Assembly (NCBI RefSeq): GCF_006345805.1
Contig: NC_043000.1
Coordinates: forward strand, 81,902,001-81,966,000
DNA from: Octopus sinensis
Taxonomy: Eukaryota
Reading direction: 5' to 3'
DNA: 64,000 bases
Position 1 is the stretch's first letter, and the number at the start of each line of letters is the position of its first letter. The translations under genes and the position numbers were made by a program. The notes beneath the pieces are model-generated. The model searched no databases. It saw only the letters and a program-made list of their open reading frames with translations, and was not told the DNA's origin. Below are positions 1 to 11,889 of the stretch, piece by piece.

Positions 1-34
1 TAACTGAAACAAATAAAAGATAAAAGATATAAAC

Positions 35-45
35 ACACACACGCG

Positions 46-124
<79 letters not shown>

Positions 125-195
125 ACACACAGACACACACACACACACACATAGAAACACAGACACACAACACAATGCATGCACACACACGCACA
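35..195. repeat. (CA)n microsatellite
   Basis: Direct CA/AC dinucleotide run. Confidence 0.95.
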
Positions 196-569
196 TGCAC
201 ATCACACACATGTTGAATGCATATGTGTTTTTCTGTGTGTGTGTTTGTGTAAAACAAAAGCCAGCTAAACAAAATAAGTCAGAGTGGTCAGTTGTATGGA
301 TCTGGACAACAAAGACTAACAAATTTATATTAAGTATTTGTTTAGATTATCTTCACTGCCAGAGAAGATTAACAAACACCTAGCAGTAATTGCAACTAAC
401 TCTACACGAATAGGGAGAGATAATTTAATGAATCAAGAATTCTCTGGAAATGACATGCTGTTAAAAAACATAAATACTATTTATTTCTGAAGATAAGAAA
501 ATAACAGCTGTTTTCATTTGCTTGTGTGTGTGTGTATGTATGAATAAATATATATATATATATATATGT

Positions 570-876
570 GGAGGCGCAATGGCCCAGTGGTTAGGGCAGC
601 GGACTCGGGGTCGTAGGATCGCGGTTTCGACTCTCAGACCGGGCGTTGTGAGTGTTTATTGAGCGAAAACACCTAAAGCTCCACGAGGCTCTGGCAGGGG
701 GTGGTGGCGGTCCCTGCTGTACTCTTTCGCCACAACTTTCTCTCACTCTTCTTCTGTTGGCCTGCTCACTTAGCCAGCAGGGTGGCGTCATTTGAAGGCT
801 AAAACAATGCGAAGCGCATTGTGACCAGCAATGTGTAGCAACATCTGATAGCCTGGTCGGTCACGTGATCACGTGA
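570..876 (+). mobile_element. tRNA-derived SINE (group A, head A1, tail T1)
   Basis: A-box TGGCCCAGTGG, B-box-like GGTTTCGACTC. Head shared with 37166; 3' tail shared with 51874 copy; ends in (TCACGTGA)x2. Confidence 0.85.
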
Positions 877-1400
877 TATATATACATATATGTAGTTATA
901 CATGCACTAACAAATATACACATACAAACACATACATATGCATCCATATATGCGTGTGTGTGTGTGTGTGTGTGCATGTGTTTATTGTGTATGGATGGGA
1001 GCATCTACATAGAGAAGTGTTGATTGCAGAGTATGGATAAAACCAGTTGAAGAAGGAGACAAAGACAGACGTGGGATAAAGTAGTAAAGACCTGAGGATT
1101 TGAAGATCATAAAGGAGATGAAGTAGATCAAAATAATTGGTTATTTGTTGAGATTGAGAAGAATAGCCCATCTCAATAAAAACTGGAAGTCCTTAAAACA
1201 TTATTTATGTCTATTCTCTGGTACCCAATCTGTCCTAGTCAAGCCATCCCCACAACTTATCTTCCTAAAATCCCTTCCTCCCTCCATCACTGTTCTACCT
1301 ATGGTACTGTTCACTCAACTGCTGTAATTATACAAGGAAAAATATTTCAATATATTCATCTTTGTTTGTTTTTATGTTCAGTCTTTTATATCCTTTCTGC

Positions 1401-1593
1401 CATAGGCACACGGCCTTGAATTCTAGAGGAGGGAACTAGTCAATTATATTTCATTGGTACTTAATTCATTAACCCCCAAAAGGATGAAAGGCAAAGTTGA
1501 CCTCAGTGGAATTTGAACTCAGAACGTTGTGACGGGTGAAATACTGCTAAGCATTTCATCCAGCATACTTATGATTTTGGCAGTTTGTTGTCT
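1401..1593 (-). mobile_element. Degenerate SINE group C
   Basis: Contains GGATGAAAGGCAAAGTTGACCTCAGTGGAATTTGAACTCAGAACG, shared with other C copies. Confidence 0.75.
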
Positions 1594-1686
1594 TATGTTC
1601 AGTTATAAAAAAAATCTAAAGGCTTACTCTATATTTTTGTCAAGTATAAATTTATTATTCTTATACAAGGATGTTGTTGAAAGTGA

Positions 1687-1728
1687 CTTTGAAGTCTGAT
1701 GATGGCTTAGCTGGCTGAAACTTCAAAG
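1687..1728 (+). ncRNA. Hammerhead-like relic lacking helix III and cleavage site
   Basis: CTTTGAAGT-CTGATGA-T-GGC..GCT-GAA-ACTTCAAAG: core boxes closed by a perfect 9-bp stem. Confidence 0.4.
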
Positions 1729-2262
1729 CCACTGTCAAGAGCATTTTTGATTATGAGACTGATACGCTGCCCACTGCACTACTGAGGTCACTGTCAAACA
1801 GTCAAAGGCTGTTGGTGGGACTTGAACACACATCTCTTGTAAACACAGCAAGCATTCTAACATTGGACCAAAGCAATCCATGTATAAGAATTTTAAATAT
1901 ATACACCTTCTCCTTGACCTACAATCAACTTGCATTCTGACTGACAGGTCATTAGTCAATCTGGTCATATGTTAGATTTGTATTTTTCAACACTATTTTC
2001 ATTAAAACGCAACTGATGCTTGAAAGGGACTGAGTGGGAGACAGTGGCAGGCAGTGGATGCCTAGGTCTGAGAGAGGCTTGTATTGCCAGATACTGCTAT
2101 AGTTATCATATGCGCAGCTGCCCAACATCTGAAAATTGATTATTCATTTTTTATTTTTCGTGGTCATAAACGCAGATGGTAATAAGTTGCATAGGTCATA
2201 AGTCAAGGAGGTGTACAGTTGTATCCTTTTATGAGCTACCAGTTATCTTTCTCTTTGAAACC

Positions 2263-2494
2263 TATTTCTTTGCTACCCACAAGGAACTAAACACAGAGAG
2301 GACAAACAAGGACAGACAAACGGATTAAGTCAATTATATTGACTCCAGTGCGTAACTGGTACTTATTTAATTGACCCTGAAAAGATAAAAGGTAAAGTCG
2401 ACCTCGGCGGAATTTGAACTCAGAACGTAACTTCAGACGAAATACCGCGAAGCATTTCGCCTGGCGTGCTAACGTTTCTGACAGCTTGCCGCCT
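2263..2494 (-). mobile_element. Full-length SINE group C with TSD
   Basis: tRNA-like head (minus) with B-box GAGTTCAAATTCC; 17-bp direct repeat TCTTTCTCTTTGAAACC at 2246-2262 and 2495-2511. Confidence 0.9.
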
Positions 2495-2519
2495 TCTTTC
2501 TCTTTGAAACCATTTCCTT

Positions 2520-3050
2520 TCATCGCCTATCCAGCATTCTCAGTATCATCCTTTACCACTTTATTTTGTACTGAACACCCCTTTCTCTGTCACTGTGCAT
2601 TCCTTTCTCTCATGTCACATCATCTCCCTATTTCTCATCCAACTACACTACTGCTCTACCTTAAGTCATTTTGTACTGCAACCTATCATTCTTGCTCACT
2701 TACCCATTCCTATTTTCTTCACCTTCACCCAAACCGATATTCACCATTGACCACTCTTCCACCTGTGTTCAGGATCCACTGCATTCATCTCCATATCTAA
2801 CCATCTGTGACTCTCCTTTTGCAAACTCATTCACCTGCCTGATCTCTTCTTATTCTCTCTTACATTCACATTCTTGTTCATTAAGTGTATGCTCTGACAA
2901 TTCAACACCACCATTTTTTCTTCCTTTCCAACTGCATAATTATGTGTCTCCCCAACAAGCAAGACACTTGTTCCTGTCCCTTCATTATAGTTTAGCACCT
3001 CAACACTTAGCATGAGACTACCTCCTTCAAATACAACATCTCTGCTCAAT
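2520..3050 (+). mobile_element. Possible highly decayed Penelope-like fragment
   Basis: Pyrimidine-rich strand loosely resembles the minus strand of the 53.3-54.6 kb PLE; judged by eye. Confidence 0.25.
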
Positions 3051-3054
3051 CAGT

Positions 3055-3260
3055 GTGGGGGCTTGTCTTGCTAGTTACTAGTGCCTGCGCCTCACAAACT
3101 GCATCGAGTACACTCTGTAAAGCAATTGACATTAGAAAGAGCATCCAGCCATAGAAATCATGCAAAGCAGATATTGGGCTCTATCTCATTTGATGCTGCT
3201 GAGCTGTTCAGTCATGCTAGTGTGGAAGAAGGACATTAAATGCTGTTACTGATGATGATC
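3055..3260 (+). mobile_element. RTE-tail SINE/LINE 3' end (group H)
   Basis: GCATCCAGCCATAGAAA...GGACATTAAATG then (GAT)n tail; same motif at 5181, 8005, 9955. Confidence 0.7.
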
Positions 3261-4289
3261 ATATATGCTAATACACAGAAATGTAAACTATATGCATATA
3301 AAGTCATACACACACACACACACACACACACTAACACAAACACATAAAAGCATACAAAAACAAAGACACACATTTACAAAAGTGTATGATTTTTTTATTA
3401 TTTGAATTTAGTCAGCACCCCATCACAAACCTTTGGTTTGTTGCTGGTAGAGCAGTTATTACCTTGCCTACATTATTAATACTCAGCTAAGCTTGGCTGC
3501 AAGTAAAGACTGAGATTTTAAAATCCTGTCTGGCATGAGATCTGGTGTTCTTTCAGCCATATTGTATTGTGGCTGACAGTCAGTCCTTCATATAATTGAA
3601 GAATGCAGTAGACTTGCTCTTTCAATTTTCGATGGTATATTGACTGTAATTTCAACAATAATAAAATTATACACACTCAACCATTTGTAATAAGGTATTC
3701 CTTCTTGCATTCATCCCCACTAATGTAATACATAAACACACATACACATGCATGCATGCACACACACACACACACACATGTGCGCGCGCACACACACACA
3801 CACACACATACATAGGTACACACACATACACTCACACACTTGCATACACACTCACACAAGAGAAAGAATATTGAATACTGATGCAGAATGTAAATATCAA
3901 TTTTAGTGGCAAGATTACCCTTTGCTGCTACTCATATTTTTGTGTATCATACAAATCACATGATCTGTTTCATATGCAAAACCCTGAGTAGTGACAGAGA
4001 TTTATTTTCGCACACACACACACATATATATATATATAAGTAATAGATAAGAACATTTTTTAAATGGTACATAGTATAACTGCCCACACAATAAGACCAG
4101 ACCAAGTGCTTAAAATTTGATACTGAGTGGAAGAATACAGGATTTGTGGAAACAAGCATTGGCTATGGGCGATGTACAGGTCAAGCTAATGTACCAAATC
4201 CACTCACAGAAAACCAAAACAATCTTCAGAGTAAAAGTTCATTGTAATTCTTCATAGACAAGAACAAATCCAAGAAATTCATACTACTA

Positions 4290-4710
4290 GGTGCAGGCAT
4301 AGCTTGTAGGTACAGGCATGGCTGTGTGGCAAGAAGCTTGCTTCCCAACCACATGATTCTGGGTTCAGTCCCACTGCATGGCACCTTGGGTAAATATCTT
4401 CTACTATAGCCTCAGGCCGACCAAAGCCTTGTGAGTAGATTTAGTAGACGGAAACTGAAAGAAGCCTGTCGTATATATGTAAATATATATATGTATGTGT
4501 GTGTGTTTGTGTGTTTGTGTTTGTTCCCTCACCATTGCTTGACAGCCGATGTTGGTGTGTTTACGTCCCTGTAACTTTGCAGTTTGGCAAAAGAAACCAA
4601 TAGAATAAGTACTAGGCTTTCAAAGAATAAAACCTGGGGTTGATTCGTTCGATTAGAAGGTGGTGCTCCAGCATGGCCGCAGTCAAAATGACAGAAACAA
4701 GTAAAAAAAC
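4290..4710 (+). mobile_element. SINE group B, full length
   Basis: tRNA-like head (TGGCTGTGTGG / GGTTCAGTCC), CTTGGGTAAAT box, internal (TA)(TG) tract, tail GCTCCAGCATGGCCGCAGTCAAAATGAC. Confidence 0.85.
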
Positions 4711-4859
4711 GTAAGAGTGTAAGGAGGGAGTAAATGTGAAGGCTAATGTAGAGACTGATGAACAAGAGCAGGGGAGAGTAGTTGATGGAAAATACCAGAA
4801 TTTTGGGAAATATAGGAGTGGCTCAGGAAGACACACACACACATGCATTTATATATATA

Positions 4860-5180
4860 TGACCTATCCGCCACAACAGAAGTGTTAAGGACACACTTCC
4901 TAATGCGTCAGCTGCGGGGTCATTCCGAAAAGCTCTATCTGCGACGATTTCATCTCAATCGAAGGAGAGGGGCTTTCTCCGTCGGGGTTGCGGATCCATG
5001 GAATAAGCTGCCAGACGAGATGGTGAAATGCCGACGAGACCGCTCTCGGTTCAAAGTCTCCCTTGACCTCAGTGGCCTGAACTCTTTACATGAACACCAC
5101 CCTGTACATAACTCCATGTCCCCCTACATGGCCTTGCTTTTTGCTTTTTGAGCCAAAAAATTAACTAACTAACTAACTAA
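4860..5180 (+). mobile_element. CR1/L2-type LINE 3' end
   Basis: Translation LRGHSEKLYLRRFHLNRRRGAFSVGVADPWNKLPDEMVK...FKVSLD matches the CR1 ORF2 C-terminal motif; (TAAC)n tail. Confidence 0.8.
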
Positions 5181-5472
5181 GAGATTGGCCTGCAAGATTC
5201 CTGGGCTGGTACCACATAAAAAGCACTTGTACTGCTGCCATGCAAAAGTGTTCATGCCAGTGCCATGTTAAAAGCACCCAGCACATACTGTAAAGTGGTT
5301 GGCATGAAGAAGGGCATCCAGCCATAGAAACCAAATCATATTAAACTGGAACTCGATGCAGTTCTCTAGCTCACCAGCTCTGGTCAAACCAACACATGCC
5401 AGCATGGAAAATGGATGTTATAGGGTGATGATGATGATGATAATGATGATGATAGTGATGATGATGATGATG
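5181..5472 (+). mobile_element. Group H RTE-tail element
   Basis: GGGCATCCAGCCATAGAAACC...TGCCAGCATGGAAAATGGATG plus (GAT)n. Confidence 0.75.
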
Positions 5473-5476
5473 TGTA

Positions 5477-5616
5477 TAGGAGTGGCTGTGTGGTAAGTAG
5501 CTTTCTTACCAACTACATGGTTCTGGGTTCAGTCCCACTGCATCTTCTACTATAGCCTCGGGTCGACCAAAGCCTTGTGAGTGGATTTGATAGACGGAAA
5601 CTGAAAGAAACTTGTC

Positions 5617-5656
<40 letters not shown>

Positions 5657-5845
5657 TTGTCTCCCCAACATCGCTTGACAACCGATGCTGGTGTGTTTAT
5701 GTCCCCATAACTTAGCGGTTCGGTAAAGGAGGCCGATAGAATAAGTACTAGGCTAACAAAGAATAAGTCCTGGGGTTGATTTGTTCGACTAAAGGCGATG
5801 CTCCAGCATGGCCACAGTCAAATGACAGAAACAAATAAAAGAATA
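5477..5845 (+). mobile_element. SINE group B, full length
   Basis: Colinear with the 4290-4710 copy. Confidence 0.85.
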
Positions 5846-5936
5846 CATATGTATATATATGTACACACACACATACTATATGTATGCATATATATATATA
5901 TATATATATATCTAATTATATATATATAAAAGGGCT

Positions 5937-6170
5937 TAGTAAAATAAATACTTTGCCGCATACTGATCTAGAATAGCAGCTAAAAAACTTTTTTAAGCTA
6001 TTTCTAATACTTAAAGATCTCTATATATGTTTTGCTTAATTCAAATCACAAAGTTGTGAGTTGATTAACTATATATGAGAGAGATTCTTTAAGTATTAGA
6101 AATAGCTTTAAAAAATTTTTTAGCTGCTATTTCTATTATTTTCAGTATGCGGCAAAGTATTTATTTACTA
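5937..6170. repeat. Foldback element / long inverted repeat
   Basis: ~90-bp arms: TAGTAAAATAAATACTTTGCCGCATACTGA... versus ...TCAGTATGCGGCAAAGTATTTATTTACTA. Confidence 0.85.
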
Positions 6171-6271
6171 TTTTAGATAATGTAATATTTGAATTCGCCT
6201 TGAATGGTCCCTTTGCATACTGAACACTTGGTGAAATTGATTAATATAATTAATTTGCCCTAAATTGTTGA

Positions 6272-6336
6272 AATATATATTATATATATATTTTATATAT
6301 TATATATATTTTATATATATTATATTTTATATATTT

Positions 6337-6382
<46 letters not shown>

Positions 6383-6510
6383 CTATATATATATATTATA
6401 TATATATATATATTATATATATATATTATATATTTTTATATATTTTATAATATATATATAATATATATTTATATATATATATATATATTATATATATATA
6501 TATATATATA
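6272..6510. repeat. Degenerate (TA)n tract
   Basis: Direct. Confidence 0.95.
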
Positions 6511-7500
6511 GTACGTTTAAATATTTGTTGTGCAAGATTTTTTATGTGGCCGAAATAAGATTAATGTAAAAAATAAATAACACTGAAGCAAAATAACACC
6601 AAATATATAGTGCGTGTGTTTTTATTGGCTAAACTGGCAAAATGACCATTCCGAAATATATATATAATATATATTATATATAATATATATATATATTTAT
6701 CTATATATATATATATATAGTATATATATATATATTATATGTATATATTTTATATAATGAAAGAAAAGCTGATATTTACTATAAATCTCAAAATGTGCCA
6801 TAAATAAAATGAAAAAGGAAAAGAAGAAAGAAATCACAAAGTGTGTCTGTTCTACTAATTAACACAGGCAATCAACAAGGTGTGTGAGTTTGTGGATAGA
6901 TGTCTGTTTTATTAACACTTCTAATATTGGTTTATATGACCATAACATATTCTCTGTCATTTCCTCGTGTCTAGCTGAAATTACTGTGAGATTTCCATCA
7001 GCTGATAATTACAGAAATTTATAACTTGGGTACAACTGAGAAAGAAATGGTATTAGTGTGTGTGTGTGTGTGTGGGGGGGGGGGTTAGAATGGGGGTAGA
7101 GTCAACGAACTAGGGAATTTCCTACCGTCTTGTCTATCTTCCGCCCACTTCATTCTGCCTAGCACAAGAATTCTACTCCTAGTGATGTACATGTCCTCTA
7201 ATGTCTGGAAACAACAAATACCTATGGACAAAGCTCAATACCCACAGTTTAATGAGAGAAGACATCCGTGTGACTATTTAGTTTGCTAGAAATATCAACA
7301 AAATTAGCTTTCAGTTACATCTCAACAAGATGTGATTAGAAGAATCATATTTATGGATTTATTCCCCCACCCACCACCCCGTTTAATAACATCATGAAGT
7401 TCTTTGGGTACTGTCAATGGAGCTCTTTACATGCATTTAGGACAGATCTCCAGTTTGCATGTATTTCCCTTCTTTTCTTGCACCAAAGATGTTTTGTTGG

Positions 7501-7728
7501 TTAATCCTTTAGCATTTAAACTGGCTATGTCTGGCCAAAATATTCTATTTGTTTTATGTTCAAACTGGCCAGACACAGCCTCTCACACCTACTCTAGAAT
7601 GTCATTCTAAAAATATGCAATCACATCATTGAAATCTAAGAGCTACAAGATAATATATAATTAATTCCAAACAGTTTGAATAAATAAGCATTAAATTTGA
7701 CAGAATAATCTGAATTTTAAAGGGTTAA
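7501..7728 (+). mobile_element. piggyBac-like MITE
   Basis: TTAA-TCCTTTAG...TTTAAAGGG-TTAA: TTAA flanks and short TIRs; second copy at 57408. Confidence 0.7.
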
Positions 7729-7859
7729 ATGAAAGAAAAAAAAATGAAATTAGATAATGTGACCTTAGATACATTTTGCCAGAAGAAAACTAGCATGATC
7801 ACAGTTGGACTATCTTTGATTAAAATTTTGTTGAATTAAAGCTGACCAGGGACTAAGCA

Positions 7860-8020
7860 ACAGCAGCAACAATAACAACAAGTACCACATCAACAACAAT
7901 GATAACATCAACATCAACAAGATCATCATCATTATCATCATCACTGTTATAGTCATTGTCACCGTCGTCGTCATCATCGTTGTCGTTGTCGTTGCTGTCA
8001 TCGTCATCATCATCATCATT
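7860..8020. repeat. (CAA/CAT/CGT)n trinucleotide tract
   Basis: Direct; includes the tail of the adjacent group H element. Confidence 0.85.
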
Positions 8021-8200
8021 TAATGTCTGTTTTCCATGCTGGTATGTATCAGCTGGCTTGACAGGATAGAGCAAGCTGCAGGGCTATGCCAAGCTCCAGT
8101 GTCAGCTTTGGCATGTTCTCTATGGCTAGATGCCCTTCCTATAATGCCAACCACTTTACACAGTGTGTTCTGGGTGCGTTTTTTTTCTCATACCACTGAA
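8005..8200 (-). mobile_element. Group H RTE-tail element
   Basis: Reverse complement of 5181-5472 motifs (TTTCCATGCTGG, CTATGGCTAGATGCCCTTC). Confidence 0.75.
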
Positions 8201-8545
8201 AAAATAATGAAGTTGTCAAGCTATTTGCAGGAGAGAACAGGGAAAAATGGAAAAAAGCATATTCATAACAATGGTTTCCAACATCAGCACAAGGTCGTAG
8301 ATGTTGGAGGAGTGTGCAAGAGATTTGACTGTTACTCTGAGTACTTCTTTTATTGAAACTTAATAAATTTGTTCGGTTTGAACCCTGAAAGTCTTTATTT
8401 AAATAGCACACAGCATTTTGTTTGTCGCTAATCATGATTGTAATGCTACATCAGCTTCACACATTCTGCATAGTCAATGCATAGAGCTAATGAACAGCCA
8501 ATCACTAAACTGTCTTTAATTAATATAGATAGCTCTACATATGTA

Positions 8546-8594
<49 letters not shown>

Positions 8595-8907
8595 TATATA
8601 TATATATATATATATATAAGAGATATATATATATATATCATCATCATTCTGTTACTCTGGAGTTATTCACTGTAACCTAGTCTGTCATCTTAGGGAAACA
8701 GGATTGAAGCTCATATTCACACCTTTCATTAGTTTCATATGATTGATGATAATGATGATTGATTGATGGATTGTCTTAATTATTATAATCAATTGCTTGT
8801 GGCATAGACCTGCTCATTACAAATATCTATCTGTCTATTTGTCTATCTGTCTGTCTGTCTGTCTATATATATATATATATATATATATACGACACAATAT
8901 ATATATT

Positions 8908-8943
<36 letters not shown>

Positions 8944-9131
8944 ATATATATAGTATGTATATGTGTGCGTGTGTGTGCATATATATGCATATACATACAC
9001 ACATACATGCAGATATTTATAATGGAAAAGGGAAAAAGTTCACTGTATATTGTAGAGTGTAAATATATTTATTTAGTTGTTGCTGTATGTTGGTACTTTT
9101 CACATTGACATACTCATTCAGATGCCAGCTT

Positions 9132-9183
<52 letters not shown>

Positions 9184-9309
9184 TCATTTATATATATTCA
9201 TACACACATTCAAAATATGCATGAAAGATATGCACAACAGCTAAAGGAGGGGAGTAAATACAGACAAGGCTAAACTCATTTTGTCTGGCAACCTTTCATT
9301 CTAGAAACA

Positions 9310-9830
9310 CTAGGATTTTGGTGATGTGAGAATAAAAGTTGGTATCCTTCATGTGGAAAGAACCAAGTTCCACACAAAATAAAATGAAGACAAGTTACAC
9401 AACTAAAAACACATGGTGTGCTAAAAGTGAAAACGAAGACAAAGACTGATACATAAGACGAGAACAAAGAAATGCAGAGTATAAGCAATGCTGTCTCTTG
9501 ACTTAAGGTAGGCTCAAACATGGAAAATACTGTTGTGTTTAGGTTGTATGTCCTACAAAAGCTTATCTACTAATTTCTTCTTGTACCAGTATTTCTCATG
9601 TTTGTTGCCATCTTACATTGAAAGACACACTTGTTTATATTCTGTATTTGGTTGTTGCTTTTCTTTTTTTATCTATCATCTATCTTTGTCTCCTCTGTTT
9701 TCATGTGTAACACCCTTTTTAAGGTTTTAAGTTGGAAGATTTTGACTTTGTTTTGTGTTGTGACAACCCAAGCGGTTTCCAGATGAAGGATACTAACTTG
9801 TCTCCAAATGCTGAAAACCTAGTAATTCAT
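9310..9830. repeat. Decayed long inverted repeat with HHR-like relic
   Basis: GTTGGTATCCTTCATGTGGAAA versus TTTCCAGATGAAGGATACTAAC, with weaker flanking arm similarity. Confidence 0.5.
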
Positions 9831-9937
9831 CATCATCACCATCCTACTCCTCCCCCTCCCCTCCTCCCCCTCCTCCTCCTCCTCCTCCTCCTCCTCCTCC
9901 TCTCATCATCATCATCATCACCCCCACCCCCCACCAC

Positions 9938-9954
<17 letters not shown>

Positions 9955-9968
<14 letters not shown>

Positions 9969-10160
9969 TAGCATCCATCTTTTCATGCTGTATGAGTTGG
10001 ACAGTTTGACTGGAGCTGGTAGGGCCTGGGGCCACACCAGGCTCCATTATCTTTTCTGGCATGGTTTCTATGGCTGGATGCCCTTCCTAATGCTAACCAC
10101 TCCACTGAGTGTTCTGGGTAGGTTTTTTTCTGTGGCACCAGCACCAATGCTTTTAACATG
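9955..10160 (-). mobile_element. Group H RTE-tail element
   Basis: GGTTTCTATGGCTGGATGCCCTTCC; (CAT)n tail. Confidence 0.75.
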
Positions 10161-10869
10161 GAACCAGCACAAGTGCTTTTTGTGTGGTAGAATGAAAATT
10201 GTCTTAAACCAAATAGGTTTACCAGTGCGGATGTTAAACCATGAAGATGATGATGATGACCTTTTCATAAGTTGTTGTACATGTCTTTTGTCATAATTTA
10301 GAATTTTTATTTTTCACATACTTAGTCATATTTTTCATGGTAACAAATTTGTCATGGTAACAAATTTGGGTATGTAGTTGAGGTGCAGCCATGGCTGTGA
10401 GGTTGCAAAGCTTGCTTTTAAGTTATGTGGTTTCAGATTCAATCTCACAGTATAGCACCCTGGGATAGTTGATAAAGGGATGACCTAATGGAAGAGGAGT
10501 AGTGGGTGACAGTACAGGGGTGAGAGACACTAATGGCAGCTACATGGTAGCTCATAGGAGTGAGAGATAGAGTAAAGAAGAGAGAAAGAAAGGGTGTTGG
10601 ATCCTAAGCATTCCTTTCTTACTCAGACACTGTGATGGGGGAAGACATGTTGGCAGCCACATGCTTGTTGGTGAGAGAGAAAGAAAGAGTGAGACAGAGA
10701 AAGACAAAGAGAGAGAGAGTGAGAGAGTGATGGATTGTTATAGAAGTGGTTAGTAATAATAGAGTGGGATGGCTGTCAATAAAGAGTGACAAAGGAAGCA
10801 AGTGAGTTGGGGAACTAATATTAGTCAGATGAGGCCAAATTAGGACCATAGACAGGGTGATCAACTAGT

Positions 10870-11770
10870 TCAAGGTCACAGTTAAGCACAGCAACCATTG
10901 AAACCAAGGACTTATGTGTTGGAGCATTGTCTTGATGAAACAAAACACCTTTTATCAGATTTTCTGGTGTTTGGCCTGGATAGCCTTTCATAACTACCTC
11001 AGCAAGTTGGTATAGTGCTCTCTATTGATGGTGTGGCTCTTCTGAAGATAGGGAATAATCTCTATGCCATTGCATCTCCAAAAACTGAGGTCATCGTTTT
11101 CCCTGCAGATGCAACAACCTTAGCCTTCTTGGTGCTTCCACTGCATGGACTGTCTCTTTGTCTCTGGCTTAAAGTGATGAACCCAACACAAGACTCATCC
11201 TGGGTTAGGAAACATTCAAGGAAACCAGATGGATCTGCCTCAAACAATTTTGGATTTTTCCTTGATGTGATCAGCCTGGAATACTTTTGATCAGGTGTCA
11301 GAAGATGTGGCACCAACCAAGCAGGAACCTTTATCATGTTAAGTTCAGTGTGCACAATATTCTCAACTCTTTTACGAGATATGCTAATAGCATTGGCTAT
11401 TTGATTTATAGTCAATTGCTTGTCATCCATCACCATGTGGTGAACATGATAAATGTTTTCCTTGGTGGTAGCAGTTGCAGGACATCTAGACAGTGGGTCA
11501 TCTTCAAGCTTCTCCCTTTCCTGCCTAAATTCAACTGCTTACTTTTCCACTGTTGATATAGCTGGAGCATCAGCCCTTGATGCAACAACCATGTCAGTAT
11601 GAATGTTGTTGGGGGCCGAACCTGTTTTCTGTGAGTACATGATAGTATGATGATGCCAAATTTTTTCTGTTTTCAAGAGAAGTTACTACTAGTTACTTTT
11701 GAGTTTTTCTCTGAACAGTCAGATGTCAGTTTAGGCGGAAGGAAACAATGTAGTTATTAATAAGGAGATT
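10870..11770 (-). mobile_element. Degenerate mariner transposon
   Basis: ORF 11062-11436 has KVPAWLVPHLLT (WVPHLL) and LTQDES (TxDETW) motifs plus AGKTMTSVF; many lesions. Confidence 0.8.
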
Positions 11771-11889
11771 TTCAAATCAATGCATGCAAGATTTTACAGC
11801 TCCAGTGTTATTCCTTCACAATCAGCTTATAAACTGTTTAGTCCAGCCTTGTATATTAAATACTTCAATCTCCATTACTATTTCTCATT

